Below, piece by piece: positions 1 to 12,581 of a stretch of DNA of 64,000 nt. The DNA lies in NCBI RefSeq assembly GCF_009914755.1, contig NC_060935.1; one strand, written 5' to 3'. This DNA comes from the human T2T-CHM13v2.0 reference genome, Homo sapiens. Under the pieces are notes generated by a model. That model was not told the origin of the DNA. It saw only the letters and a list, made by a program, of their open reading frames with translations, and searched no databases. Each line of letters starts with the position of its first letter. Position 1 is the first letter of the stretch. The position numbers and the translations under genes are program-made.

Positions 1-209
1 ACCTCCGTCTCCCGGGTTCAAGTGATTCTCCTGCCTCAGCCTCCCGAGCAGCTGGTACTACAGACATGCACCACCACGCCCAGCTAATTTTAGCAGAGAC
101 AGGGTTTCACCACGTTGGCCAGGATGGTCTCCATCTCTTGACCTTGTGATCCACCCACCTCGGCCTCCCAAAGTGCTGGGATTACAGGCGTGAGCCACCT
201 CTCCCGGCC
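1..209 (-). mobile_element. Alu (AluS, Sc-like), cut by the window start
   Basis: Reverse-complement Alu ending CCCAAAGTGCTGGGATTACAGGCGTGAGCCACC..CCCGGCC at 209; GACCTTGTGATCC and CAGGATGGTCTC are Sc/Y-type; central A-rich linker shortened. Confidence 0.95.
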
Positions 210-370
210 AACAAATATAATTTTTAGATAAAACTATAATCATTGGAAATTTAAAAAGTCATTGGATTTGTTAAACAGCAAACACAGTTGAAGACCAAAT
301 TAGTGAAATGGAAGCAAGATCTGAGGAAATTCCCAAAAAGAAGGACAGAGAGACAAAAGTATGGAAAAAT

Positions 371-492
371 ATGTGTGTATATGTGTGTGTGTCTGTGTGT
401 GTATACCAGAGAGTAAGCATAAGAATTTCATATAAATGTTCCTGCCTGTGTGCGTGCACATGCATGTGTGTGTGCATGCGTGTTTCTGTGTA
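371..492. repeat. Imperfect (TG)n tracts
   Basis: Two TG-rich runs at about 371-402 and 446-492. Confidence 0.85.
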
Positions 493-1460
493 TGAAGTTC
501 CAAATTCCAAATGCACAGAATACAGAGAATGGGGTAGAGATGGTATTTAAAGAGTTAAAGAGATATTAGCTGATACTCTTCCAGAACTGACAAAAGGCAA
601 GGAACTGCAGATTCAGAAATGCCATGAATCCTGAGACTTACTGCAAAAAAGCCTTATATTAGAGGGGCTGCAGAGCTCTGAGAACAAAAAGAAAATCATA
701 ACAGCAACGAGAGAAAAAAGACAAATTGCTAATAAAAGGACACTAGATTGACGACAGTCTTCTTAACTGCAACAATAGATTCTAGAAGACAATGAAAGAC
801 TATTTTCAAGAGCTGAGGGAAAATAACTGTCAACTGAGAATTCTGTTCCATTATCACTCAAGAGTGAAGGTTAAGTAAAAGCGTTTTTAGATGAGGACTG
901 TATAAATTACCACTAACTGACCCTTCCTTAAAGAACTAGTCAAGAGCACATTTCAGAAAAAAATGAAAACAAACCTAATAGGAAGAAGTGGGATGTAGAA
1001 AAATGACAATGAGCAAATAAATCATTACAGTTTTGGGTATATACAAAGGATACATCCCTCCTTACTGTATAAAATGAGAAAAATAACAACCAATTCCTTT
1101 GGTATACAAATAATACTGGTCAGTGATAACATAAATGATAAACAAATGTAAAGTTAAAATATATTGTTATTAGTAAGAGCAGTAAAACAATATATATATA
1201 AAACTTAGATATTGTTAAAATAAGTATGCATGTTCAAAAATTAAGAGTAACCACTATAAGAACTGATAGATGGTAGGCCTTACAAATCAATAGAGGGTAG
1301 AAAGAGAGGGAATAAATAAAACTCAATCCAATGGCAGGCAGGAAAAAAGAAAACAAAAAGAAAAACTAGAGTAAGTAGAAGGCATAAAATAAGAAGGTAG
1401 AAACAAATACAAATATATCAATAAATGAAATAATTACAAATGAAACAAACTCACCACTTA

Positions 1461-1783
<323 letters not shown>

Positions 1784-2920
1784 CCCAGAAGCTCTCAAAC
1801 TGGCTACAAAACAAAATGCTATTTAGGGGAGTTATTTCAAAAACATAGGAACTGAGAATGATGAAAATAAAGAAAATAAAAAATAAAAATGGAAAATTAA
1901 AAAAAGAAAATATATAAATGAAAATACCGATCATAAGAAAACTAGTATAGATATGTTAGTAAGATAATACAGGTTTTATTTTTGTTAAGTAAAAAGAGGG
2001 TTATTAAATAATGATAAAACAATAAAGCAGGAAGCTAAAATAATTATGAATTTTTATGCAGCCTTAAAATACACAGAGCAACACTGGTAGAATCATAAGA
2101 CAGAATTGACAAGCCTATAATCATAATGGGAGGCTAACATTTTTCTCAGTATTAGTAGACCAAATAGGCAAAATTTAATATGGATATAGGAGATTTGAAG
2201 AACAAAATTAATGAGCTTAATTCAATGGAAATATACAGAGCTTTAAACATAATCATTTAAGAATGCAAATTCTTTTCAAGAATACCTGGAACAGTTCTAA
2301 AATTTGACCACACACTAAGCCACAAAGTGAAGACTCATTATCAAACAGCTATATTGTCTGTCTCCAATTTAATAAAGTTAGGCATCATTAATGAAAAGGT
2401 AACCAGCCAATCCTTCATTCATTCGTAAACTTTAAAAATTCCAAATAATTTATGACTCAAAGAAAAAATAATTATTGAGACGAGAAATGTTTTTAGAACT
2501 GAATGACCAAAACAAAACGAAATAAACACGAAAACAAAACTCTACAACTCACTAGACATGTGAGATACAAGTGAAATGTACTTAGGGGAAATGTATACCC
2601 TTAAAATTTACCAAATATTAGAGAGAGGAAGACTGAAAAGTAATGAGTTAAGTGTCCACTGCAAGAAATTTGAAAAAGAACTAAATAAATCTAAAAAAAA
2701 GAACATAATAAAGACCTGAAAATATATTGTAAACAAACAAACAAACAAAGAGAATATCTGTAAAACTAAAGCTAGTTCTTTGAAAAAGCTAATCAGATAG
2801 ATGCACTTCTAATAAGATTTAATTAGAAAAACAAGAGCTATGTCTCAAATATATATTAGAAGGAAAATGAGATTTTAACTTTAAAAATCATGAAGAAGAC
2901 TATTAGCAACATCATTCCAA

Positions 2921-3437
2921 TGAGTCAAGCAGCTTCCAGGCATCATTGACTACTGCAGTAGTTACAAGGGTTTATCACCCAGCCATAGATTTGGTTGATA
3001 AAGACAAAACAAGCCTACAGTTTACTACTTACATAGATAGCAAAAGCACGATCAGTATGGTGTCAGCTCCCTATGTACTTTGTCCCCAGGATGACACCAA
3101 AGTGAAAGGGTCCAGATGACAGATGATATGAGCAGTAGGTTGCTCTGTTATGGGGGAAGCAATTCTAGACTATAGATAAGCAGTTTTATAATGTGTGGCT
3201 GTACTCTAGCAGGGTGGGGGATGATTATGGTTGAAAGCTCATGCTTCATCAGAACTAGGCAGGCATATAAGAAACTGACTCATGACAACCTCTTGCAAAA
3301 TAGGGAGTATTTGTCTGCCATGCTATGTATGTTCTTGGGAGGATGGCAGGGCGCTCTGCAAAGATTTAGGTCAAACTGTGGTCACACTTTGCCTATGTGA
3401 CTTAGATGAATCTGTGCAAAACCATAATGGTGGCATG
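2921..3437 (-). mobile_element. Probable ERVL-class solo LTR (MER74/MER88/LTR53-like), truncated on the right
   Basis: Abrupt composition change inside the L1; TTTACTACTTACATAG poly(A)-signal-like region and TTTTATA TATA-like site on the minus strand; family is from recall only. Confidence 0.45.
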
Positions 3438-3614
3438 CTAGAGGTATTTTATTCTCTTTGTCGAGATTATAAATGGGAGTTCATTCACGATTTGGCTCTC
3501 TGCTTGCCTAATGTTGGTGTAAAGGAATGCTTGTGATTTTGCATATTGATTTTGTATCCTGAGACTTTGCTGAAGTTGCTTGTAAGTTTGAGGAGTTTTG
3601 GGACTGAGATGATG
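3438..3614 (-). mobile_element. L1PA ORF2 RT fragment, inverted
   Basis: Minus-strand translations [18 protein letters not shown] and [33 protein letters not shown] closely match primate L1 ORF2p. Confidence 0.93.
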
Positions 3615-3658
3615 CAGCAGAACATAGACCTCAGAAATAACACCACACATCTACAACC
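3615..3658 (+). mobile_element. Short sense L1PA ORF2 fragment joined to the inverted piece
   Basis: CAGAACATAGACCTCAGAAATAACACCACACATCTACAACC matches L1PA ORF2 several hundred nt downstream of the inverted piece. Confidence 0.75.
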
Positions 3659-5560
3659 TAAAATGCACATGAGAAAGTACACTTAAGATAATTTTGAAGA
3701 AGCAGCAGATTTGGGGGAAGGTGGTAGGATACTTCCAGACTTTTCATAAAGGCAGTGTGACTGGGAGAGGGATAGACAAGTAGACGAATGGAACAAAATA
3801 ACAGAGCCCAGAAACAACCTCGCGTATATATGGAGTCTTAAAATATGGCAAACGGGCCTTATGAATTAGTGAAGATGGGGAGGGCTAATCAATAATCGAA
3901 TGGCTATCTGTATGGAAAAAATAAAATTATATTCCTACCTTTCACCTAATACCTGGAATAAAATATACTCCAGTAGGCTAAAGATGAAAAGCAAAACTAT
4001 GCAACTTTTGGAAGAAAGTATAAGAGATTATGTTTATGGCAATAAGTTAGGAAAGACTTTAAGTTATAAAAAGCAAAATCAGCAAAAGATTGACAATGTT
4101 GACTACCTTCAAATTGAAAGCCACCACCATAAATCAAGGGAAATGACCAGACCCAGATTAGGAGATTTCTTTCCAGTCAAACAAGAATGAGTGTTCAGTA
4201 TACCTAAAGGACTCATTTACATTATCAAGAAAAAGAAAAAGCCTGAAAATCAGGCAAACAATATGAGCAGACAATTTACAAATGACCAACAAATATATTA
4301 AAAGATGCTCCTGCTCAGCCTCATTGGAAAAAGTTATAAATCAGATCACACCAAGTTTTGGAGAAAATGTGAAGAAATAGGAACTCATACACAAATGTGT
4401 GGGGGTACAGGTTGATACAGGTCTTTTGGGGAGCAGTTTACAAAGACTATAAAGCTGAGGATGCACGTTGTGTCAGCTAGGGCCCTGGCAGAAACAGTTG
4501 GCACCCTCAAATTTGATAATTTGAGGGCAGTTTAATAATGGGACTATTTAGAAAGATATGGACAAGTTACAGGAAAAGCACAAGGGATGGGGCAGTACCC
4601 AGGAATTAGTGTCAGTGGGACCTGACCACCCTTAGGCCTGAAGGGCAAAGCTGCCGGAGCAGTTACTGGAACCTGGAGACAGAGAGGGCTGTGACCCTCA
4701 GTAGAGGGGCCTCATCAGCCTGCGCTGATCCCATGGGGAGGAAACTGGGGAAATAAGTACCCTGATCGCACTTTCTTCCACCTCCCAAACTTCCCATTGG
4801 TCTTCTGCATTGGCTCAACACAAGGGACAGAAGGCAAGGGAGCCGGCTGGTTAGTCCACACTATGCAGCTCTGGGGGCCCAGAGCAGGATGGGAATGAAT
4901 GGAAAGTGGACTCTGGAAGGGTGAATGGAAGATAATTTATCATATTCCCACCTGTTGACCAGCTATTCCTCAAAGGAACATGCCCTAGAGAAACTCATAT
5001 ATTTGTGCACAAGGAGATGTATACAAAGATTTTGAATGTAACACTGTGAATAACAGAGAAAAGTGGAAACAACCGAATTGTCTCTCATCATGTTGTTACA
5101 TAACTGTTAATGTAAGCTGTGGTTTATTCATAAAATGGAATGTCATGTGCAATGAAAGTGAATGAACTAGATATACATGTGTCAATAACTATACATCTCA
5201 AAAACATAATACTGAGTGGAAAAATGTGGCCAAAAGACACATGTGATATGACAGTATTTATGGAAAAACGGTACAAGCCTGTAGCAAATTGTATAGGTTT
5301 GTAGTGATGTGCAAAAAACGTGAATAGGAAGGAAACACTCCAACTTTAAGAAATGACAACCTGTGGAGAAGCAGGGAAGAAAAAGAGATAGGGATACTTT
5401 AGCTGTATATTTTTTATTTTTTTTAAAGATGAGCGGAAACAAATATGGCAAATGTTAACATCTGTTTAATGTCAGTGATGGGTACATAAGCAAGTTATTT
5501 ACTATTTAGTCATATTGTCTGTATGTTTGAAATATCTCATAATTAAACATTTAAAAACAA
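3659..5560 (+). mobile_element. Ancient L1M ORF2 3' part and 3' UTR (L1ME-like), interrupted by LTR33
   Basis: GATAGACAAGTAGACGAATGGAACAAAATAACAGAGCCCAGAAAC; ORF 3900-4190 (ICMEKIKLYSYLSP..KTMQLLEESI) is an ORF2p relic; L1ME-type end TGTATGTTTGAAATATCTCATAAT. Confidence 0.85.
4469..4942 (-). mobile_element. LTR33-like solo LTR (ERVL)
   Basis: TG...CA ends; GAAACAGTTGGCACCCTCAA, GTTTAATAATGGGACTATTTA and GGGGAAATAAGTACCCTGA resemble the LTR33 consensus; L1 resumes on both sides. Confidence 0.75.
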
Positions 5561-5635
5561 GAATGAGGGAAAGGGGTGGATGATTTGAGAGACATTTAAA
5601 ACATTAAAAAGGAGCAAAATGTCTCTTACCTAAAG

Positions 5636-5836
5636 CAGGATTTGACAAAGTTTTTTCTGTAAAGAATAAATCTTTTTGGCTTTGTGGGCTACACAGCCTC
5701 TCACAACGACTCAACTCTGCTGCTGCCACTGGCAACATGTAAGTGAATGGATATGGCTGTGCTCTAACAAGGCTTTATTTACAAACCCAAGTGGTCAGTT
5801 GGATTTGGCCTCTAGGCCATAGTTTGCTCACCCCTG
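5636..5836. mobile_element. MER58A (hAT-Charlie MITE)
   Basis: TIRs CAGGATTTGACAAAG / AGTTTGCTCACCCCTG; internal ACTCAACTCTGC and ATATGGCTGTG; degenerate 8-bp TSD ACCTAAAG / ATCTAGAG. Confidence 0.88.
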
Positions 5837-5837
5837 A

Positions 5838-6210
<373 letters not shown>

Positions 6211-6670
6211 CAAAATGTGTTTTAAATAAAGTTCTGTGGTGTAGCTGTACTCCACATTAACCAACAGCATTTTTGTTGTTTAGACTTCTTACTACCGGTC
6301 AAGGTATACAGCTGAAGAGCGGGCCCTTGTCTGTTTCCAGTTTTGTTTTGCTGTGGGCATTAGAGGTCTTTCTAGGCTTCACTTAAGCTTGTTTGTGTGC
6401 ATACTTTGGAAGAGCTGAAAGTGCTGCAACCCTAGAGGTACTGTTGACTGGAGCCAATCAGAATGACCGAAACAACAAAGGATTAGCAGAAATTTTTGAA
6501 ACACGCAGGAATCATTAGTAGAGGCGGTTGCAACTTGGAGATCTGGCGTGTTGATGGGATTATCTAGTTGGTTTCATTTTATGGGCCTAACTAGAGGCAC
6601 CTTAGTGTAGTGGTTAGGGACTTGGACTCTGGGGCTGAGAACAGCACTCATCTCAAAGGAAACCCAAGCC

Positions 6671-7020
6671 TGTGTCAGTCATCTAGTGCAGCATAGCAAG
6701 TCACACCAGAGCAGTGGCTTCAAAACAGTTACTTTTCTCTCAAACCTAGGAGTAGATGGTTCAGGTAGGCTCTCTCTTGGTTTTAATGGGGGCTGGGGTC
6801 ATCTTGCAGCCTTCCTCTAAGTCTGGGCCAGGCCTGGGAACACTCAAGCAACTGGTGGCTGGAACAACAGACAGCCCTCTCTCTCCACGTGGACTTCCTG
6901 CAGCCTGCCTCAGACTAGTCGAGGTGATTACCCTGAAGTCAGGGGGTGTCGTTCTTGCCACATTCAACTGAATTCCCTGCAGCAGTCACAGAGGCTGTGA
7001 AGATGAACACAGGTGTAACA
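6671..7020 (-). mobile_element. Old MLT1 (MaLR) LTR inserted into a MIR (MIR pieces at about 6595-6640 and 7020-7100)
   Basis: TGTGTCAGTCATCTAGTGCAGCATAGCAAGTCACACC..AGTGGCTTCAAAACA start; MIR halves on both sides. Confidence 0.6.
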
Positions 7021-7112
7021 TATATGTCAATAAATGTAAAGTTCTTCAAGCCAGTGCTTGGCACAAAGTAAGTGCCATGTGGAAGTGTTAATAAAATAAA
7101 AGAAAAAAGAGA

Positions 7113-7409
7113 GGCAGGTACAGTGGCTCATACCTGTAATCCCAGTGCTTTGGGAGGCCAAGGTGGGAGGATGGCTTGAAACCTTGGAGTCTGAGACCAG
7201 CCTGGGCAACATAGCGAAACGGTCTCTACAAATAATATAAAAACTAGCCAGGTGTCGTGGCACACACTTGTAGTCTCAGCTACTTGGGAGGCTGAGGTGG
7301 AAGGACTGCTTGAGCCCAGGAGTTTGAGGCGCCAGCGCACTGTGATAGCACCACAACACTGCAGTCTGGGCGAGAGAGAGCGAGAGAGACAGCGAGAGCG
7401 AGAGAGAGA
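7113..7409 (+). mobile_element. AluJ with the poly(A) tail replaced by a (GA)-rich repeat
   Basis: GGGAGGATGGCTTGA and TTGAGCCCAGGAGTTTGAGG J-type diagnostics; ends GGGCGAGAGAGAGCGAGAGAGACAGCGAGAG. Confidence 0.92.
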
Positions 7410-7425
7410 TTGATTCCTGAATTTT

Positions 7426-7639
7426 CTTTTTCTTTCCTTTTCCCTTTCCTTTCGCTTCCCCTTTCCCCTTCCCCCTACCCCCTTCTCCCTTCCCCTTCCT
7501 TCTTTCTTTTTCTTTTTCTTTTCTTTCATCTGTCTTACTATGTTGCCTAGCCTTGTCTGAAGCTCCTGGGCTCAAGGGATCCTCCTACCTCAGTCTCTCA
7601 AGTAATTAGCATTACAAGCGTGTGCCACTGTGCTAGGCT
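7426..7639 (-). mobile_element. FLAM / Alu left monomer with an expanded polypyrimidine tail
   Basis: CTCCTGGGCTCAAGGGATCCTCCTACCTCAG; about 100 nt CT-rich tail; degenerate TSD TTGATTCCTGAATTTT / TTAATTCTCGAATTTT. Confidence 0.85.
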
Positions 7640-7859
7640 TAATTCTCGAATTTTCCAGCTTGAGACTTAAATACTTACAAATAGACACGGCCTTTCTAGC
7701 TAGTCCATGGAGGGGAACCTGACTCCTCCCAGACTCCACCTGCTGCCACTACTCATGCCTTTCTTTTCACAGCTCTTTCCTTCGCTCCACACAGATCTGC
7801 CAACAGCCTATCTGTACCTACGTATCATCAACCATTTGGACTTGCCTTGAACTTACTCT

Positions 7860-8360
7860 CTCAGTTACTCAGCAATCATGGACAGAGCTCCTCCTATGAG
7901 CAGGCCATCGTTAAAGGTGCCAGAGATAGGGAGTGAGGACGTCATCTGCATCTTCTGCCAGCATCTGTGAGTCTGTGGCAGGCCAGCTTGTTAGCTTACA
8001 GATAGATAAAAATCTCAGGCCATTCACGGTTGACTCCATGCAGTAGGATATTTAGGTTTCTATAAAAACTGACAAGATGAGTGTATGTGTGTGTATAGGG
8101 GAAGAGGGTGAGATTTAGAGGAAGGACAATGGATGTGGCATGAGGATGTGTGTGTACATTCGGTGGGGGGCTATCAGAGGAGGCACCATAGGAGAAGTGG
8201 TACTTGAGCTGGGGCTCAAAGGTGGCAGGCGCTTTCCAGGCAAACTCCGCAGGGAAGGGCATTTCCAGCAGAAGAACAGAACATATGAGGGCTCAGAGGA
8301 AGGTTTGGTGATTATATGCAGTTTGATAAGAGCAGAAAGAGTAGAGAGGCAGCTCCAGGA
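7860..8360 (-). mobile_element. L2 fragments
   Basis: CTCAGCAATCATGGACAGAGCTCCTCCTATGAGCAGGC and GGAGAAGTGGTACTTGAGCTGGGGCTCAAAGG are L2 3'-region-like. Confidence 0.6.
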
Positions 8361-8419
8361 ATCCTTCCCAGAATTCCCAAGTTACCCCTTACCCGTACTC
8401 ATGTGGCCTCTGGCAATAC

Positions 8420-8650
8420 TGAAGCTTTGAAGTCAGGTAGAGTTGAACTTGAATTTCAGCCCTGGTACTTAGCTCCTCTGTGACATAACATAAGCCATTT
8501 AATCTCTCTGTGCTACAATTTTCATATCTGTAAAATGGGGATAATGATCTTTCTCACAGAAGTAGGTAGGGATAAAATGAAATGATGTGTGAAAGAACCT
8601 TTTGGCATTGTGCCTAGCATGTTGTGGTTACTTGGAAATGGTAATTATTA
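8420..8650 (+). mobile_element. MIR
   Basis: Core AAGCCATTTAATCTCTCTGTGCTACAATTTTCATATCTGTAAAATGGGGATAAT. Confidence 0.85.
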
Positions 8651-8829
8651 CTCCCTTTATAGAGCTGGTGAGTTTATGTATGTGTGTGTGTGTGTATGCA
8701 TGTGCACATAAATATATGCACATAATCACAGGAAGTTATACGTGGAAGTTTCCTTTCCTCCTTATTGTCTAACACGGTCTCCTTAACACTGAAATAGCTT
8801 ATGTCACAGCAAATAACGGGAAGCAAATT

Positions 8830-9040
8830 AATGTAGAGTTAAAAATAAAACTTGAGTCCGAACTATACCTCTGCCACTTACCACCTAGGTAATTCTGGTG
8901 GGTCACATCCCCTCTCTGAACCTTCATTTTATTATCTGTAAGATGGGAGATATTAAGACATAATTCATAGGGTTGGCATGAAGGTTAAATGTAGTTAATA
9001 AATCCAAAGTGACTGGCATGTTCTCAAGTACTCAAAAACT
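8830..9040 (+). mobile_element. MIR
   Basis: CTCTGCCACTTACC..CTCTCTGAACCTTCATTTTATTATCTGTAAGATGGGAGATA. Confidence 0.75.
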
Positions 9041-9491
9041 GTTTTTTGGTGATGCAAAATTGCTTTGTGTGGCATAAAACTCTGTGTAAATGTAAGAGAT
9101 TATTATTTTGTCAAGGCAAGATTCATGTTTTCAAAGGTTAATGGATATTTCAAGTCGAGGTTTCACTTTTCTGCTGACTCTGTTGTTGGAGATGGTGTGG
9201 TAGAAGAACAATGCTTTGATTCCCTGTACTATCAAGGGACTAACGTTGTTCTCTGCACTCTGCACAGAGCCCCAGAGCAACCCACCCAACATCACAGCAA
9301 AATGCTGCAGGGTCGTTTTGATGTTCCAGGAGGAAAGAGCATGTTGGTTATTGAGTGAAATGTGTTGGAACATGAAACATGGACAGTATAGTAAATAAGT
9401 TACATTAACTGTGAAACATATATAATGATTCTAAGACAATTTAAAATTTGAAATGGAAATTTTCTATAAAACCCATAAATTAAGAAAATTA

Positions 9492-9510
9492 TGAGCGCCA
9501 TCTTGTGGCA
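9492..9510 (-). promoter_or_regulatory. Candidate CTCF site (also contains a YY1 core)
   Basis: Minus strand TGCCACAAGATGGCGCTCA fits CCASNAGRKGGCRS; contains CAAGATGGCG; lies in non-repeat sequence. Confidence 0.6.
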
Positions 9511-9581
9511 AGATCACCCTTAAACCATCATACCAGAGAACACTCCTTTCCTTAGACAGAACCTCTAACAAAGTCAAAGAA

Positions 9582-9772
9582 CATTCATCCATCCATCCAT
9601 CCATCCATCCATCCATCTATCCATCCATCCATCCAACGATCCACCCACCCACCCACCCACCCATCTATCCATCCATCCACCCACCCACCCATCTATCCAT
9701 CCATCCATCCATCCATCCACCCAGCCACCCACCCATCCACCCATCCTCCCATCTACCTATGCATTAATCCAT
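9582..9772. repeat. (TCCA)n/(CCCA)n compound tetranucleotide STR, probably an expanded L2 tail
   Basis: About 190 nt of CATC/CACC units directly abutting the L2 3' end. Confidence 0.95.
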
Positions 9773-9774
9773 CT

Positions 9775-10050
9775 AAAAATCTGTTCAGTCATTTGTCCAC
9801 TTACTCAATATTTATTGAATGCTTTCTATGCTTTGGTTGGAGATATGCCCCCTGCTAACAAGAAGACCACAGGAGGTGATGGCAAATACGGAAAAACCAA
9901 CAGTCCTGGGGAACCTTGTTGGAGCACATTTAATCCAGTTGTTGTTGTTACTGAGGTAGAGGAGACAGGCAGATAAGTCTTCCCGATGGAAGTGACACCA
10001 AAGCTGAGATCTGAAGGATAGTAAGAGTGTGTTATACTAAAGAGGATGTC
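9775..10050 (-). mobile_element. L2 3' end
   Basis: ACTCAATATTTATTGAATGCTTTCTATG; GAAGTGACACCAAAGCTGAGATCTGAAGGATAGTAAGAG. Confidence 0.75.
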
Positions 10051-11789
10051 TCCTGTGTTCATTCTCCCCTTGGGGTGGATGTAGCTGAGAGAATAAGAGA
10101 GCTTTAGAGTCCCAATTGAGGTTACTTTTTATGTGCTGTTAGTGCATTGGTGGCCCCTCCAGCCCTCACCTTGGTAGTTATGACAAATCAGAGAGTGTCC
10201 AGCAGATAGTGATCAGGGTGGTGGGAGGACACTTAAAGAAATTGGGAAAAGCTGTGAAACGAAGTGCTTGGTAAGTGGACAGATTCTATTGCATAAGATT
10301 AATGCTGCCTATTAATATTAGAAGGTATTAATAGCTGCCATTATGTTAGGTTTTTCATTTAATAGAATGTGTTATACCCACATCAGCAGGGCCGTGTCAG
10401 TGTGGGCTGTTGGCCAAGATGTGGGAATGGCATCATTATGTGTACCCAGACACGTAATGGTATTCTGCGTTGGGAATCTACTTCTATGATCTGATATAGG
10501 TTGTTAATTAATAAATGTATTACAGAAAAAGATGCCCAGCAGCAAACTGGTTACACTGGAGAATGGTTGGCCCAAATCCAAAGGATGAATGTCCTTTGAA
10601 CATCATTTCTTCCTCTGCTCCCTTTGTAGGCACCTGGAATTAATGCTGAGAAGAACTGATGTTTGCCTTAGCAAGGCATATACAGTGGCTTCAGCAGGCC
10701 TGGGCAGGGCCTGCAATTTTCAGACCGAGTGCTGCTGAGTTCAGCACACCATCTCTTAACTTTAAACTGTGTGTCCCTTATCCTTTGCAGCACCCTTGCA
10801 CTATTGTTTCCCTTATGATATAAAAGTATTTGTGTGTATCCATGTCTTTAGTAACAATGAAAACCCATGAAAGGTAGCCCAAAAGGGGTTGTATGTTTCA
10901 AGAAAAATGGCAGAAAGCACAGTTCTTTGTGGGATTAAAAAGTATGTGTATGTATTTAATATAAACCAAGTGTGTCTGCATATAAAAGCTTGTCTACCTC
11001 CTTCGTTCATATAGCTCTCTTGGATTTTGTGGGTATTTGCTTCAGGACAGGCAGGAACTGTTCTAGGCAGTGGCCCAGAGCGAGCATTACTAACCTTGAC
11101 TGTCATTCTGTCCCAGGTGGCATCCCCTCCTCAGATCCCAGCGCTGTCCATATACATGCTGGTCACATTTAAAGGGCCATGGATGGGGCTTAAGGGCAAA
11201 GCTCTAATATGTCAACAATTTCTTCTAACGGGATCTTGCTTCTCTTCTTTTGTATAGCTCAAGTCAGAAGTAATGTGATGTTTTATTGGGATGGCCTTGG
11301 TGTTTTGTTGTCTACACTTAATTATATCTAAAATAATTTGTTTTCTCTGTGGCCAGCAATGGATCTGTGAATTCACCAGTCTGGGTCCTGCCTCTCAGCC
11401 TTTGCCACTTCACACCTGGGGCCGGTGGATTTTCAGCTGCAGGCTTGGTCCTCCAGGCCTGTTTTTAATGGTTATGGTGGGAGGAGATCAAGATAACCCA
11501 GGGTTGAGCATTGGACTGTCCTGCTGCCTGGGTACAACTAAGTCTTACCTAGATCTGATGCTGGGTTTCTGCTTTTCCCTTCTGACAAAATGCTAGCCCT
11601 TGAGGACTTGCCTTGAGAACCTTCTAGGACTTTATGTTCTACTCCTGTTTAACACTATTGATCATTTCAGCATTCTTCAGGAGCATGGATTTTGAACAAG
11701 GAGGCCAGAACAAAGTAAAGAAGTTAGTCTAACCATTAGAATACATTAGACACACCCATTGACCAATGGGGGGCAAGTGCCACTGTATT

Positions 11790-12581
11790 AGAGAAATTGA
11801 TGATGTAATATTCAGAGAATAATAAATAGTGCTTCCAGCTTGAATGATGCATAGTCTCTTTTTAGAAGAAAACAATGGTGACAAATAATTTTATTATCAT
11901 AATTAATTTAAATATACACAGATGCTAAACTAAGTATAATCTTAAAAACATAACCCATGTATAAATTTAAGTATAAGCAATACTGTGTAAACATTAACAT
12001 TTAACATAAAAGCTTAGACAAGCTTTTATGAATTTATAAAATACAAACAAATCCACAAAATCAATAGAATTAAGATTAATCTTTAATAGGATCAATGATG
12101 TTGGTTTGCTAAAACAAAATCATTTCTTGCCATGTGGATATGGTCCTGGGGCTATGGCACAGGTTTGTGTGAGTTGGCCACGACTCTGCTGAATGTGCTG
12201 CATGCCGCATGATGACTCAGTGTGTCTTCCATCTTCCTCTATCCTAAATATCATGACACTTTTGTTTCTACAGGATGCTGTGAGGTCATTTGTTCCTCAC
12301 TTGTCAATGATCACATTGTTTGTGTTGAAGTCCATCACACTCATTTTTCACTAGTCTGAGAGAATTAAAGCAGTTCTATTTGACCCTTATGCTGTCATAA
12401 ACACAAATCTACATGTGGACATAGAAATTCTGTGGTTTGAGTTGGTCATTCAGTTGACCCACAAGATATGAATATTGATTATTTTTATATTTTCATCAAT
12501 ATGAAAACAAATTAAAAAAACAATATCAGAATCTCATGAACTCAGAGAAAATGTCCAGTGGCCTTAGTTTGAGAAATACTG
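11790..12581. mobile_element. Possible old hAT (Charlie-type) DNA transposon relic
   Basis: Right end AGTTTGAGAAATACTG resembles a Charlie/MER5-type TIR; very AT-rich interior; left boundary uncertain. Confidence 0.35.

Noticed and set aside
4504-4527. Perfect 10-bp hairpin CCCTCAAATT-TGAT-AATTTGAGGG
   Set aside because: Lies inside LTR33 and is near chance expectation for 64 kb
9204-9253. Imperfect hairpin AGAACAATG..TCCCT / AGGGA..CGTTGTTCT
   Set aside because: Large asymmetric internal loop and short stems; not miRNA-like
10705-10797. Possible mini DNA transposon bounded by CAGGGCCTGCAA / TTGCAGCACCCT
   Set aside because: TIR match is imperfect, there is no 8-bp TSD and I do not recognise the family
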